The position numbers were made by a program, and so were the translations under genes. A stretch of 64,000 nt of DNA from Octopus sinensis (lineage: Eukaryota): NCBI RefSeq assembly GCF_006345805.1, contig NC_043005.1, positions 34,782,001 to 34,846,000 of the forward strand, written 5' to 3'. The notes below the pieces were generated by a model, which worked only from the letters and a program-made list of their open reading frames with translations, had not been told where the DNA came from and made no database searches. Every line of letters starts with the position of its first letter. The stretch's first letter is position 1. Shown in pieces: positions 28,163 through 40,876 of the stretch.

Positions 28163-28376
28163 TTAAATCCTTTTGTTACCATATTTCCAGTGAAATATGC
28201 TACCAATGTTTCAGTTAATTTTTAAAAAATAAGGAACAATTTTAATAAAAACTTTGTCATTATTAAGCTGGTATTTGGAACATAAATTACCATGAAATGT
28301 TGATGAAAACTTCGAAACAGGAAATTTATAACATAGAATCAGGAACTCTCCAACAGTGTAGTATCAAAAGGATTAA
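28163..28376 (+). mobile_element. piggyBac-type MITE, family 2 (second copy)
   Basis: TTAA..CCTTTTGTTAC ... GTATCAAAAGGA-TTAA. Internal identity with 19532-19748. Confidence 0.7.
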
Positions 28377-28792
28377 ATGTATTATTACATTAAAATATAT
28401 TATTACAGTTAACACAGCACATACGCAAGATTTATTAAACCATGCTTGAAGCTTAATTACTAGTTAATTCTTACTGAAGACTTTTCTATGGGGAATCAAA
28501 GAATTCAACATTAGAATGGTAAAAACTTTCATGGGGTTCAATACCAACAATCTTTGATTTTCAGTTTAACAAAAATGAATTCAATTCTTCTTACTGAATG
28601 TTTGGAAATGTTTCAAAATCAATTTTTATCTAAACTTATAGTTATCACAATACTAACTAGTTTGTTTTTTTCCAATAGCCATAAAAGAAAATCAGGCAAT
28701 TAGTTTGTTTTTGATATGAAGCACTGCTTGAAGTAACATTGTATCTCACAAACTAAAATGTAGACATCTAAGTACCTTGTTTCTCCAACTAT

Positions 28793-29103
28793 CAGTGGTT
28801 AGAGCATTGGGCTCATAATCATGAGATAGTGAGTTCAATGTGTTTTTTGAGCAAGTCACTTTATTTCACATTCCTCCAGTTCACTCAGCTGTAGAAATAA
28901 GTTGTAACATCACTGGTACCAAGCTATATCACCCTTTTCCTTACCCTTAGATAACATTGGTGGCATGGAGAGGAGAGGCTAGTATGCATGGCCAACTGCT
29001 GGTCTTCCATAAACAACCTTGCCCAGACTTGTGCCTTGGAGGGTAACTTTCTAGGTGCAATCCCATGGTCATTTATGACCAAAGGGGGTCTTTACCCTTT
29101 ATA
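28793..29103 (+). mobile_element. tRNA-derived SINE family D
   Basis: tRNA-like head cagtggttagagcattgggctcataatcatgagatagtgagttcaa, then ttgagcaagtcactttatttcaca..ccagttcactcagctgtagaaat (CORE/V-like central block). Confidence 0.7.
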
Positions 29104-29479
29104 CTCCTAACAATTTCATAATAATAGCTTTTGAGTTTGAGTTTAGGTTGTTGTTGTTTAACCCTACATCAACACTGATTGAAATGATTGATGATCACAG
29201 ACATTCTGACCATGACAATTCCAGTGTTTAGGCCTGCATTGTCAAATGTACTTTTGCCTTCTTTATGGTGTGATTAAAGGAAATTTAACTGTTGTTTCTA
29301 GCAGGTTGAGTGACCATGTAGAGGATTCTTTGTTGTCTCATTAGGTTAAAATGAGGTCAAAAAATATATCTGTTACATTGTTGTTGTATGTTGGTTGGTA
29401 TCAGAAGTCTGAGAGGAGTGGACCTCCAGGTAAAAACAGTCACTAATCTTCCAGCTTTTATATTCTAAAAGTAGTCGAG

Positions 29480-30030
29480 AGAAGAAGAATAGCAGACCCC
29501 TACAATGCTGGCCAATGATGTAGCTGGCATTCAGCTTAAAGATTTATAAGTTGATGTCTTCCTGCAAAATGTAGGAGAGCAGGATTCCAGAAGAATTTTA
29601 GTTCAAGGAAGGAAGGTCTAAGAGAAATGTTTCGTGTGAGGTCAGGACCATGGGGAACAGTAAGGATAACAAGAGAATGTGTGGCTCAGGTGCGCAGCTT
29701 GATAGTTAGTTCAGAAGATTGGCTATCATCATAGTAGTGATAAAATGAAATGAGTGAGGAAAATGTTCACCAGAGGGAAAAGAGACATTGTAGGTTAGAA
29801 ATAGATCTAGGTGGTAAATTCATAAGGCTGGAGGCTGTTGTAGTAGCAACAGAAGAGGTAGAGAGAAGAAATCATACACTTTTCAAGTCAGTAGTTGAAC
29901 TACATTGATGAATAAATCATAGCCTTATTGTCAGACAGTGAAATGACTTATCTTTGGATGTCATCTAGAATGTATAAGTGCGTGTGTATGTAGCAGTACT
30001 ATTATTTCATATCTATGAGAGCAGTACGGT
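29480..30030 (-). mobile_element. Degenerate CR1/Jockey-group LINE ORF2 C-terminus (copy 1)
   Basis: Minus-strand fragments YCSH, ILDDIQ and FSSLISFYHYYDDSQSSEL, collinear with the typical 'EYCSHIW..LD.IQ..SSLSLFYRYY...CSSEL'. Confidence 0.55.
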
Positions 30031-30221
30031 AATATGGGGGGAGAAGGGGGTGTATTTGAGCTTTAGAGGTAAAATATGGGGGGTTGCTAACAACAACAAT
30101 TTCATAATATATAAATGACAGAAAATTTATCCCAATACTACAACAGAAGCAAAGAGACTTTCTTCTTTGCTTGCTGAGTCAAGAGGATGAGTCCAAGACT
30201 TTTGCAAGTCTCCAAGAACAG

Positions 30222-30644
30222 AGAGGTTAATGTTCTGTATAAACTGTTACTGGAAAGACATTAGCAGGTAGGAGATTCCAGAGATTATGAGAAGGAAGGG
30301 TTGAACATAGCAGTTAATGTAAAGCTTGGGAGATAGATGTAATAAACATGATGAGAGAAGGAGATATAAGTGGATTAGGGGTGTTTGAGTGCAAGAGGTA
30401 AGAGTTTGACCAGCTCAGAGGAACAAAGTGGAGGAAACAACATGGCTGTGGGCCAGAGGCCAGAGTGTGTCAGTTCATCATTAAATGAATGCAAGAATGT
30501 GGTCTAGGATGTCTGTGTGCATAGCAGCAGTACTATCCTAGATGAGGGAGAGGAGGAGAAGTACTCTGCTGTTGGCCTCAATGGAGCTTTTCAGAATGAC
30601 AGCAATTGTTGGTGGGGGATGAAATATTTTCTGGCCCTGAAGAG
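30222..30644 (-). mobile_element. Degenerate CR1/Jockey-group LINE ORF2 C-terminus (copy 2)
   Basis: Minus-strand fragments LFRARKYF, LRPTAEY, CSSELV and NLWNLLPANVF. Confidence 0.65.
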
Positions 30645-31059
30645 ATTGAATAATTTCTCTCCTTCTTTTATTGTATTAAACAGAACGAGGATTTTAATAT
30701 TCAACTTTCTAAAGCATGTGACAAAAGTATTAGTTTATTAATCTCAAATCCTGAAATGTAATTAATTACATTGTATTTTTTACATATGTACTTGTTTTGA
30801 ACTCTGATATACCAATTCATGGTACCTTTCCCAGTCAGCACATGGGTACATGAATAAAGGCAATGGTATGTTGCTAACTTGTCAGCAGTAATTCTTGGCC
30901 ACTAAATTTTCAAAGTGATCTCTCTCAGAGTATTTTCGGTCTGAGTAACTGAACCATGTGTTAGGCAACATCCTGTTTTGTTGACCTTAGTTCTGAGTTC
31001 AGATCTAACGCAAGTCAACTACATCCTTCACCTGTAATATACTGACATTGAAATTATTG

Positions 31060-31472
31060 ACTCTTTTATCTTTTACCTGTTTCAGTCATTAGATATTGGC
31101 CATGCTGGGGCACCACTTTGAGTTTTAATTGAACAAATTGCCCTCAGTAGTTATGTTTTTGTGTATTTTTTTTAAAGTTTGATACTTATTCTACTGGACT
31201 CTTTCATCAAACTGCTAAGTTATAGGTACATAAACAAATCAACACCAGTTGTCAAGGGGTAGTGAAGTGACAAACACAAAGATGTGCACACACACAAACA
31301 CATATATGATGGAATTTCACACAGTTTCCATCTAACATTTTAATTCACAAGGCATTAGTCAACCAGGGGGTTATAGCAGAAGACACTAACCCAAGGTGTG
31401 TTGTACTGTAGAGTTGAACCCAAAACTATGGTGTTGCAAAGTGAGCTTCTTAACCACACAGCCATGTCTGCA
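31060..31472 (-). mobile_element. SINE family C, near full length
   Basis: Reverse complement aligns to 57197-57585 from the gtgtggttaagaagc head to the tgactgaaacaggtaaaagataaaaga tail. Confidence 0.82.
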
Positions 31473-32010
31473 CTAACTTTATACATTTCCTTAATAAAAA
31501 TTGATGTTGTTCCTAAAAACAGAAATCAATATTACAGTTGGTGAAAACAGTTTCATCAGACAATGTTAATTGATCAATAAGTAATGATGCTTTGAATTTA
31601 GATGTGAAATCCAGGATCATTCCCCCTTTTTATTTTTGAAGATAACAAATACAAGTGAAGACCAAATAGCCAGTTTACTGACCCTCCCTCCATCCTTTCT
31701 CTCTACATTTTGTTGACTGGGCCTACAAGGGAGCATTTATGAGTACATTCATCCTGCTAGACAGCAGTAAATCTCTTTCAAATCATACACTACTTGCTTT
31801 TTTAAAAAAAAACAATAGAAAATGTAGTCTCTAGACACTCCTAAATAGAAGAGATGGTCACAGTTGCAAAGGCCTGGTTCAGAAATGAGTTGCTAACCTG
31901 GAGTTAAACAACAATATACTGTTGATATTTGAACAAAATTTGAAGAGATCAATTGACTAATATATGACATTAAAATATTCATAAATTCTTTGAGTGGGAA
32001 AAATTTCAAA

Positions 32011-32103
<93 letters not shown>
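32011..32103. repeat. Compound (ATT)n(AGT)n microsatellite
   Basis: Directly visible. Confidence 0.95.
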
Positions 32104-32104
<1 letters not shown>

Positions 32105-32500
32105 TTCAGTTAAATGTCTTCTATGCTGGTATAGGCTGGATGGTTTGACAGGACCTAAAAAGTCAGAGGAGTATGTTGACCTCCAGCATCTGCTTTGATA
32201 TGGTTTCTACAGCTGGATGCACTTCCTAATGTCATCCAATTTACAAAGAGTATTGTGTACTTTTTAACATAATACTGGCACTAATGAGGTCACCAAACAA
32301 TTTACAAGACAAAGGAAAAGACCCCTCATCTAAGCAGCATTGTAGCAGAGAAGGAAGTGTTGAAAGCCTAAAATATGATAGAGGGACAGGCACAGGTGTC
32401 TTGTTATAGAGGAGATACATGCTACCCACATGATACAAGGGTGGGTGAGAGTAAGTAGAAAGAAGACAAAGCTGATAGTGACAAGGTGTGAGAGTGTACT
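32105..32500 (-). mobile_element. Old RTE-tailed repeat
   Basis: tggtttctacagctggatgcacttcctaatg and an RTE-like tail. A related + strand copy lies at ~63050-63325. Confidence 0.6.
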
Positions 32501-32529
32501 CTCAAGAGACAAACTATTATTATTATTAT

Positions 32530-33476
32530 TATTGAGGTGGTGAGTGGGTGGAATCTCCACTGGGCCAGACAAAATGCTTAGCAGCTTTTTTATCAATTTT
32601 ATGTTTTGAGTTCAAATACTCCAGAATTGACTTTGCCTTTCATCCATTTGAGGTAAAAAAAAAAAGTGCCAATTCAACGCTGGGGTCGATGTAAATGAAT
32701 TACCCCCTCCCACAAAATTGTTGACGTTATTCCAAAATTTGAAACCATTATTACTATTATTATTATTATAAACTCAAATATGTGTTGACTCAAGCCATGA
32801 TTAATAGTACAACCTGGTTCAATGCACTAAGGCAGTTTTTAAGGGAGTTGTTGTTCACTGAGATGTATCCAGGTATAGGTGGTTTGTCAGGTGCCCCTTG
32901 AAGAAATTTGCTCAGATATCATTTGAAGGATACGGGACTTTTTTCTTCTTTGATTTATTTTTGGATAATGTTAAATAGAGCAGACTCTATTTAAAAGGTC
33001 GACTTTGTCTTTCATTTTTTCAGTGTCGATAAAATAAGCACTAGTTGAGCACTGGGGGTGATGTAGTTGACATATCCCCTCCCCCAAAATTGCTGGCTTT
33101 GTGTCCTAATTTGAAACCAATATTAATTGCCATTAAGCCAGCAAGCTCAAAGCATCATAAGCATAGCAGTATTTTGTGTCTTTAAGTTCTGAGCACAAAT
33201 TCTGCCATGGCTGACTTTGCCTTTTATCCTTTCAAGGTAAGTACCAGTTGAGTACTGGGATCCCTGTAGTTGACTTACCCTCTCCCCTGAAATTGCTGGT
33301 CTTGTACCAAAATTTGAAATCAGTATTACGTAGTCTTATTCTGCCATGGCCGACTTTGCCTTTTATCCTTTCAAGGTAAGTACCAGTTGAGTACTGGGAT
33401 CCCTGTAGTTGACTTACCCTCTCCCCTGAAATTGCTGGTCTTGTACCAAAATTTGAAATCAGTATTACGTAGTCTT
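32530..33476 (+). mobile_element. Tandem SINE family A copies, the last partly duplicated
   Basis: Copies at about 32530-32750, 32995-33120 and 33130-33320, plus a duplicate at 33338-33460. Confidence 0.8.
33199..33476. repeat. 139 bp x2 near-perfect tandem duplication
   Basis: 33199-33337 equals 33338-33476 with one substitution seen (ggctgact vs ggccgact). Confidence 0.95.
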
Positions 33477-33795
33477 ATATTTATTGTGTGCTTTCACTGC
33501 ACAACCAAAACACAGCTCCATGTGTCTTAGGTATGTGCTATGGTTTGCCTTGGTATTGTTACTTCTACTATCATTATCTTTTATTTTTTACTTGCTTCAG
33601 TCATTAGACTGCAGCCATGCTAGGGCATTGTCTTGAATTTTAATCAAATGAATCAACCCCAGTACTTATTCTATCAGTCTTCTTTTGCTGAACTGCTATG
33701 TTATGGTGACATAAACACATTAACACTAGTTGTCAACCAGCTGTAGGGGATAAACACAGACACACAAATCTCTCTCTCTCTATATATATATATAT

Positions 33796-34020
33796 TTCTT
33801 TACTACCTACAAGGGCTAAACACAGAGAGGACAAACAAGGACAGACAAACGGATTAAGTCAATTACATCGACCCCAGTGCGTAACTGGTACTTTATTTAT
33901 CGACCCGAAAGGATGAAAGGCAAAGTCGACCTCGGCGGAATTTGAACTCAGAACCTAACGGCAGACGAAATACGGCTATGCATTTCGCCCGGCATGCTAA
34001 CGTTTCTGCCAGCTCGCTGC

Positions 34021-34021
<1 letters not shown>
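33796..34021 (-). mobile_element. Young SINE family A copy with a distinct 3' tail, nested in a family C copy (33580-33768)
   Basis: CpG-intact sequence (gtcgacctcggcggaatttgaactcagaac..cgcccggcatgctaacgtttctgccagctcg), flanked on both sides by (TC)6(TA)n. Confidence 0.9.
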
Positions 34022-34053
<32 letters not shown>

Positions 34054-37000
34054 GAAAGTCCTCTACATAAGATACATGCAGTGCCTAGCAGTGCTATTTT
34101 GTATATGATATATGTATATTTCACAATTCCAGGGGTTTTGATTATGTATTATTAGAGGAACTCTTTCTTTTAACAATCCCCTCATTTGGGTTATTTCTAT
34201 TTCCAGATCTTTGTATAACGATAGTTTCTACATTTCTCTTAGAGATACAATATTATTATTATTTTTTTTATCATCATTTATATAATTTTTATTAAATATA
34301 TGCAAAACAGATTAGACTATTGGAAAAAAAATCATTATGATCATCATCATCATCATCATCATTATTATTATTTACAGATTCAATTTGTCTGCATGCTTTT
34401 ATCATTTGTTTTCTTTTGGACAAATTTCAATTGCAGCGTTATTGATTTGGACAAGTAGTAAATGACAAATAATAATAATAATAACACTGATAATAATAAA
34501 AATTATTATTATTATTATATTGGCTGAATTGAAATCTGATCAACATATCTGATCAACATTCAAATTCACAACATTATTGTTTGATGAATATCAAGTGACC
34601 TCAGCTTCAGCCGGTTCAATGAACAGCAAGTCACTACACATTGTTATTACTAACTGAAGCTAAACTCTGAATGACATGCGTCAGAAGAATTAGAGCTGTT
34701 ACAGTACAATATGAGGTTACATTGTTTTTGTTGACTTTTCAAAACATAACTAGAGTGTGTCTGTATAGGTGGGCAGATCAATATTTGGGAATTCACGTGA
34801 AAATAAATTCAGGAAGTGAAACAACATCAGCATACAATAAGGGACTTAATTAATAGTTGCTATTTGGGGCCAATTAATGAAGCAAACACAAGAAAAAAAA
34901 CAATAAAGCAAAAAAAAAAAAAGAAAAAGAAAAGAAGAAAACCACCATTTTAATTATATTATTGCAGGTTATCTATTTTGGTACAATCTAGAAGGATTGA
35001 TATTTGCAGAGAAGAATAGGCAATTTTCCATGTTCAGGCCAGAAATTATCTTTTATGTTAGCGTCAACTTCATAAAAATGAAAGCCACATAATATTAAAA
35101 AAACATTCTCACATTTGTTGTTGTTGATTAACCCCCAGGTTCAAGGTTGATTAAGCTTATGACTAAAAAATATATTTCAGCCACGACTGGCTCATTGGTT
35201 CCCCTCCTCCGGACATACTGTATCTAGGATAACATTATGTAATATGTCCTTCTGTTCTAAAATTGATATGGTATGGCTTGAGAAGATTAGGCTGCTATTT
35301 CTAGCAGGTCAAGAGTCTGTATAGAGACACCCTTGTTGCTTCATTTTTGTTATTGTTTAGCCCTGGGTCAATCATGATGAAAAAGATTTATGATCTTAGG
35401 TACTCCAGCTATGACCATCCCATCATTTTAGGAGTACATAGGACTATATTGTCTAAGGCATCTTTTTCTTATATCAGACAGTAGGTTGTAATTTGAGGAA
35501 CATTTTGCTGCTATTTCTACAAGGTGAGCATCCACATAGAGCCTCTCTTCTTGATGGAGTTGGTAGAAATTTTTGATAATATAGTACATATGGTCTGATC
35601 TTTGTATATAATGAAATGTTATTAAGTATAGGAAATAGTTTTAATAATTAACCATATAACAATGTGAACAATTGTTTTAATAAAGAAAAATAAACTGAAT
35701 AAAAAAAAAGCATGTGAACAATACAAGAGAGAGAGAGAGACAGACAGACAGACAAAATCCATCAGACTAAGTTTTGTAAGTACGTATGAGTAGATGTGCT
35801 TCAATAAATACAAGTATGTGCTTGAATATGATGTAGTGTGCTGGAAGGTGAATGTAACTGGAACCAAGAGAGGTGGGACACACACGAACAATAGCAAATG
35901 TGATGGAAATAAATGCAATAAACTTAAAATGTACAAACCTTTCAAAAGTTCACTACCTATTTCATCTGTTAGTAATGCTAATACTAAGTACAGATAGGTG
36001 GCTAATAGGATACTAAACATTCAACAAATGGGCTGAGAGTTTACATTGTCTTTAGTGAAGACACAACTCTCAAAAGGGCCCAAGTTCAATCAACATTAAA
36101 TAGGTATTATGGAGTAAGTACAATTATTCACTTAAAGAGGTGTCAGCACTGTAGGTTATAGCCCTGAGTTTAATTCCTCCCACTGAAGCTATTTATGATT
36201 TGAAGACAGAGCCCTTGGGATAAATTTTTACAGGCAGAACAAGACTACTTGGTGGCAGGGAGAAGGTTTCCTTTAACATACAAGGTGGGTTTTAAGGGAG
36301 GACCCTCTCAATTAACTATAAGCCATGCTTGGAGATGTAAGGGCTCCCCCAAGCTGACTAGCATAAGAACCCCATAGACAACCTAAGAGTTATGTGACTC
36401 ATTATCATATTACTGGTATTTTATTAGCCTTAAACATTTCAAAGATAGATTTATTTTCGTCAGGATTTCAAATGAAAACCCTTTGGAACAAAGTGTATAA
36501 AGCATCTACTCTGGTACCTTACATTCACCAGTAGTGGCAACATAAATAATAATAATAATAATAATAGTAACCATTTGAACTTTACATATTGATCAGATAC
36601 TGTACAGATTCATTCTATTACCCTTGTGCACACACACACACATACACTTTGTTCAGGTGTGTATACATATGTGCATGTGCTTCCCAAAACACATTGTGAG
36701 TTTCAAAGAAACCCTTTTGCTTTCTAGCAAAAGACCATCTTTGCCAAGTTCTGCAGTTTCACTTTCTGGTCCATAAAACGAAAGATTACTGATTTTTCTA
36801 TTAATTATGACTGCAATTTTAATTGATTACAAATGCATTTTTGGAATACACAGTAACTATATTGACCTTGACTTCACTACATATTCATCATGCAAAAGGC
36901 ATCCCTGAGAAACCCTGCCATGTCACAGTCCTAGTATAGTTTGTAAACCAAACATACAGCTCCACTCTAAAAACTGATACCATAAATCATTGAATTGTGT

Positions 37001-37680
37001 ACTACATTCACAGAATCAATAGATATCAGCCAAATAGCTGAAAATTGTTTCAATTGCGCATCTAAAATGTAGAGAGCTATTATGAAAGAAAGCTTTTATT
37101 GTTTAAGTGAAATAATAAGTACTGGAAAGCAGCCAAGTGACTATGGCGTATGTTTGTTAGATGCTAAGAGAACCTCTATCACTGACATTTGCTATATACA
37201 GTTTGTTGCCTGGTAAACCTGACAACTTGATTAACTTCAACAGAGTTGGTTCTTGTTCAGAACAAACAATTTCTCACTGCAAACTGCATAGTCATCATCA
37301 CCATCATCATCATCATCATTTAATGTCCACTTTTCCATGTTTGCAAGGGTTGGATGTAATTTGTTGAGATAGATTTTCTATAGCCAGATGCCCTTCCTGT
37401 TACCAAATCTCACCTGCTTCCAAGCAAGGTAATATTTCCCAATGAATATATATGTCTAGAAAGATTGGAAACAAAGGGCACTGCTTGCAAGGCAGGGAGA
37501 TGCACACACAAAATACATGCATATATATATATATATATACATGCATATACGATGGCCTTCTTTGACTTTCATCTCCTATATCCACTTGGAGGACAATCTA
37601 AATAGTTATGTGACGTTATTGTAAGACAACCTGGATAGACATGACATTAATGGACGACCTGAATAGTCATGTTACCTTAA

Positions 37681-37901
37681 CCCTTTAGCATTTGAACCGG
37701 CCATATCCGGCCAAAAGTATTCTGCCTGATTTATGTTCAAACTGGCCAGATCTGGTCTCTCACACCAACCCTACAATATTGTTTTAAAAATTAACAGCTA
37801 CTTCATCAAAATCTCATAGCTCCAAGATAAGGCATGATTAATCCAAAACAAAGTGGATGAAGAAGCATTAATTTTGGCTGAATAATGCGAACACTAAAGG
37901 G
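37681..37901 (+). mobile_element. piggyBac-type MITE, family 1
   Basis: TTAA at 37677-37680 and 37902-37905, TIRs CCCTTTAG...CTAAAGGG. Confidence 0.85.
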
Positions 37902-38599
37902 TTAAAGGACACCAACAATGGAAAGATAGGTAGTAAAGTTGAAGTAAAAAAATAAGGGAGTAAAATGTTATGAGGTAATTGGTGAGATGTGAAACTACTA
38001 GTCAATGGTCATATAGACATACAAGACCATAGCATATGTTTCATTTTCTTTTCAGACATAATATATCGAAAGCTACATTATTTAATGTAGCCATTCTTGT
38101 TAGTAGTTGTTTAACCCTAAGATGTTCTGATGATGTAGACTTCTGGCTGTTACCATCTTAGTGTTATTTTTTAAACATGGTGTACATATGTCAGTTTACT
38201 CAATATGTAAGGCGTTATGGCATGATTTAAAGCAGATTTGACTGTTGTTACAGTAGGTCGAGTAACCCTGTAGTGCTGCCTTCCTACCAGCCCCTAGAAT
38301 GTCTCAATTGTGAGGATGTGCTGCAAGTGTTTCCTACTGAGGGTCAGACCTCTAAGTTTGCTGGTCCCATGCTTCATATGTTAAGAAATCATTGGGCACA
38401 TAAAATCATTAAGCATATGACATCCAGATCCAGTTTGGGGGAGGGAGGCAGGAATTAATGAATTTACTTTGATAAAATTATCGAAAAAGACAATCACAGC
38501 CTCTTAAAATATAAAATTTTATATCTTAAAAGCTAAACAACATTTTTAAAGAAACTCTGGAAATTGATGAAAATCAACTGGCTGGTCTATTCCAGAGAA

Positions 38600-39150
38600 C
38601 TTGTAGGCAAGAGTCCATCGAGGGCAATACTGGTTCCAGATGAAAACTCAACAGAGTGCCATCAGACTGAGTCCAAAATGTACACAGGGTAAGGAAATCA
38701 TTCTGCATGCACTTGCCCAGTGCTTGAGCATTGCTGACTTGTGGAGTAATGTTGAACAGCTGCTACCATGTCTGGAATGGATCCAGCTTTCAACAAGGAT
38801 TAATGTGAAGCTTGGTTGGGCAGAGTAGGCAGTCTGCATTTGTTTGGTGACTTCGGCAAAAAATATTGTGCAGTGAAGACAAACATCTCCTTTGGCCAAG
38901 CCTTCATCAACATTTTCAAGTTAATAAGGTGGAGAGGGAAGTGTTGTCTGCTAATAAATTTGATGAAAGGTGGATAACAGTGGTAAGCATGTCCGAATGA
39001 ATGAGCCTGTTCTGAGCATGCACCTGTAGACTGGAAAATACAACTAGAGAGGGCACTTTCTTTAGTGGTTACAGTGACCATACTTTTAGTTGGGTTTCCA
39101 CAAGTAGTCCTTGGAAGTCTACCTACATTGAAAGGAACCTTGTTTTTGCT
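38600..39150 (+). mobile_element. Possible very old RTE-like RT relic
   Basis: Fragments NVEQLLPCL..LST, SAF..LRQKI, ERWITV and KHVRM are roughly collinear with RTE 'NVEHFPYLGS.LS..SAFGRLRQRV..ETWT..RHVK'. Many stops and frameshifts. Confidence 0.35.
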
Positions 39151-39272
39151 TTTGCTACTTCTGCTGTTTGTATGATTTTTATGTATTCCCACACTGCATC
39201 ATCCTATACCAGCCTTGATCTTTCTATCAATCCTTGTAGTTAATAAAAAATCATCATCATCGTTATTCATTA

Positions 39273-39479
39273 TTAAGACAGCAAGCTGGCAGAATCATTA
39301 GCATGCCAGGTGAAATGTTTAGCAGTATTTTGTCTGTCTTCACATTCTGAGTTCAAGTTCCGCCAAGGTTGACTTTCGAGGTCAATAAATTAAGTACCAG
39401 TTACATACAGGAGTTGATCTAATTGACTGGCCCCCTCCCCAAAAATTTCAGGCCTTGTGCCTATAGTAGAAAGGATTAT
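39273..39479 (+). mobile_element. SINE family A
   Basis: aagacagcaagctggcagaatcattagcatgcc...ttctgagttcaag...cttgtgcctatagtagaaaggatt. Confidence 0.85.
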
Positions 39480-40065
39480 CATCATCATCATCATCATCTA
39501 AATCTAGACAGTGTTACACAATATTAATCTCAATTTCATGTTATATAGAATTTCTGTTTCATAGTATTTTGATTATATATTGTGTATACACACATAAAAA
39601 TATATATAAATACAGCCTCACTGACATATACATATATTATGTAATAATATATTCTTTCACAGACACATTTCTGCCATCTAAATATTTATAAAGTAATATA
39701 ATTTGGGCACACTGAAGACTGAGATTACAAAACAAGCCTCAACATTGAAATGAAATTCAAATCATGTCCTGCTGTATTCATTTCATTGAAAGAAAAGAAG
39801 GAAGAAAACATGTACAGTCATGTTTTTTGGATTTTATTTCTGATAACTGACTGCTATAGTTTCCCGCTCATAACTAAGGCAACAATGATGAAGCCACTAA
39901 TCTGTTTATCAAATTTAATCTTTTCATCCACATCACAGATTAAACATTTTCAAACCATGCTTTAACATTTTGTTTTCTTTTTTTCTAAATTCATTTATTT
40001 CATTATAATCTTTTTCTTCATCTCTGTCTCTCTCTCTCTCTCTCTTTGTCAATGGTTGTTGTTGT

Positions 40066-40615
40066 TATTATTATTACAGAGTGAGAGAGCAGCACATGCC
40101 ATCAAAATGACACGGGGGGGGGGATACAAATATATGAAGCCTAATATACTCATCATGGCTACCAGTCTGATAAGGGTGCACCAGACACATGCATCACAAC
40201 CATATGTGCATGACATTGTAATCTCATATCAAGATAAACAGTGCATGATCTTGCAAATGGGGCCCAATTAGAATTTTCTTCAGGTTGAGTAGCCTATCCT
40301 GCTCAAAAGGTCCCTGAATAAGGATCGTTTAAGGATGATAAACACCCATGTTTCCAGGAGTAAATTATTCAAACCCCAAAGAATCCCTCCCAACATATGG
40401 CTATGACGCTCCCCCACTACACCTGCTCATGATCAGAGATGCACATATTGTCAACCACTAAGGGTTAAAGTCAAGCAGCTGACAATCATATTTGTAATAT
40501 TGAGCAGAATATTTACTGCAGCCCATCTTTTACACCAAGACAAAACATGTACATGATAACACTTCCAATGAGTTAAAATCCGAAGCCATGACAACCACTG
40601 CCTGGTATTGCATCA
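40066..40615 (-). mobile_element. Retroposon family E, second full-length copy
   Basis: Reverse complement of 12852-13429 over its whole length, with (ATT)n on both sides. Confidence 0.85.
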
Positions 40616-40817
40616 ATATTATTATCATTATTATTATTATTATTATTATGAATGTTCAATGTAAATTTTCTGATCATCCTTTGATATTTATATTAAAAAG
40701 GTAGGATAGTTTCAAGTTACAAACTCCCACTATTACAATCAGTAGCTAGCTTTTCACACAAGTATGGTGGGATGGGTAATGATCTATTTATTGCTTTGTT
40801 TATATATTTTATATATA

Positions 40818-40876
40818 CATCATCATTATCATCATCATCATCGTTTAGCGTCCGTTTTCCATGCTAGCATGGGTTA
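40818..40876 (-). mobile_element. Very short RTE 3' tail insertion
   Basis: (cat)n cgtttagcgtccgttttccatgctagcatgggtt, identical to the tail of 16663-16912. Confidence 0.85.

Noticed and set aside
38800-39192. 130 aa minus-strand ORF as a host exon
   Set aside because: No convincing splice sites or domain; the opposite strand fits a decayed RTE-like RT slightly better.
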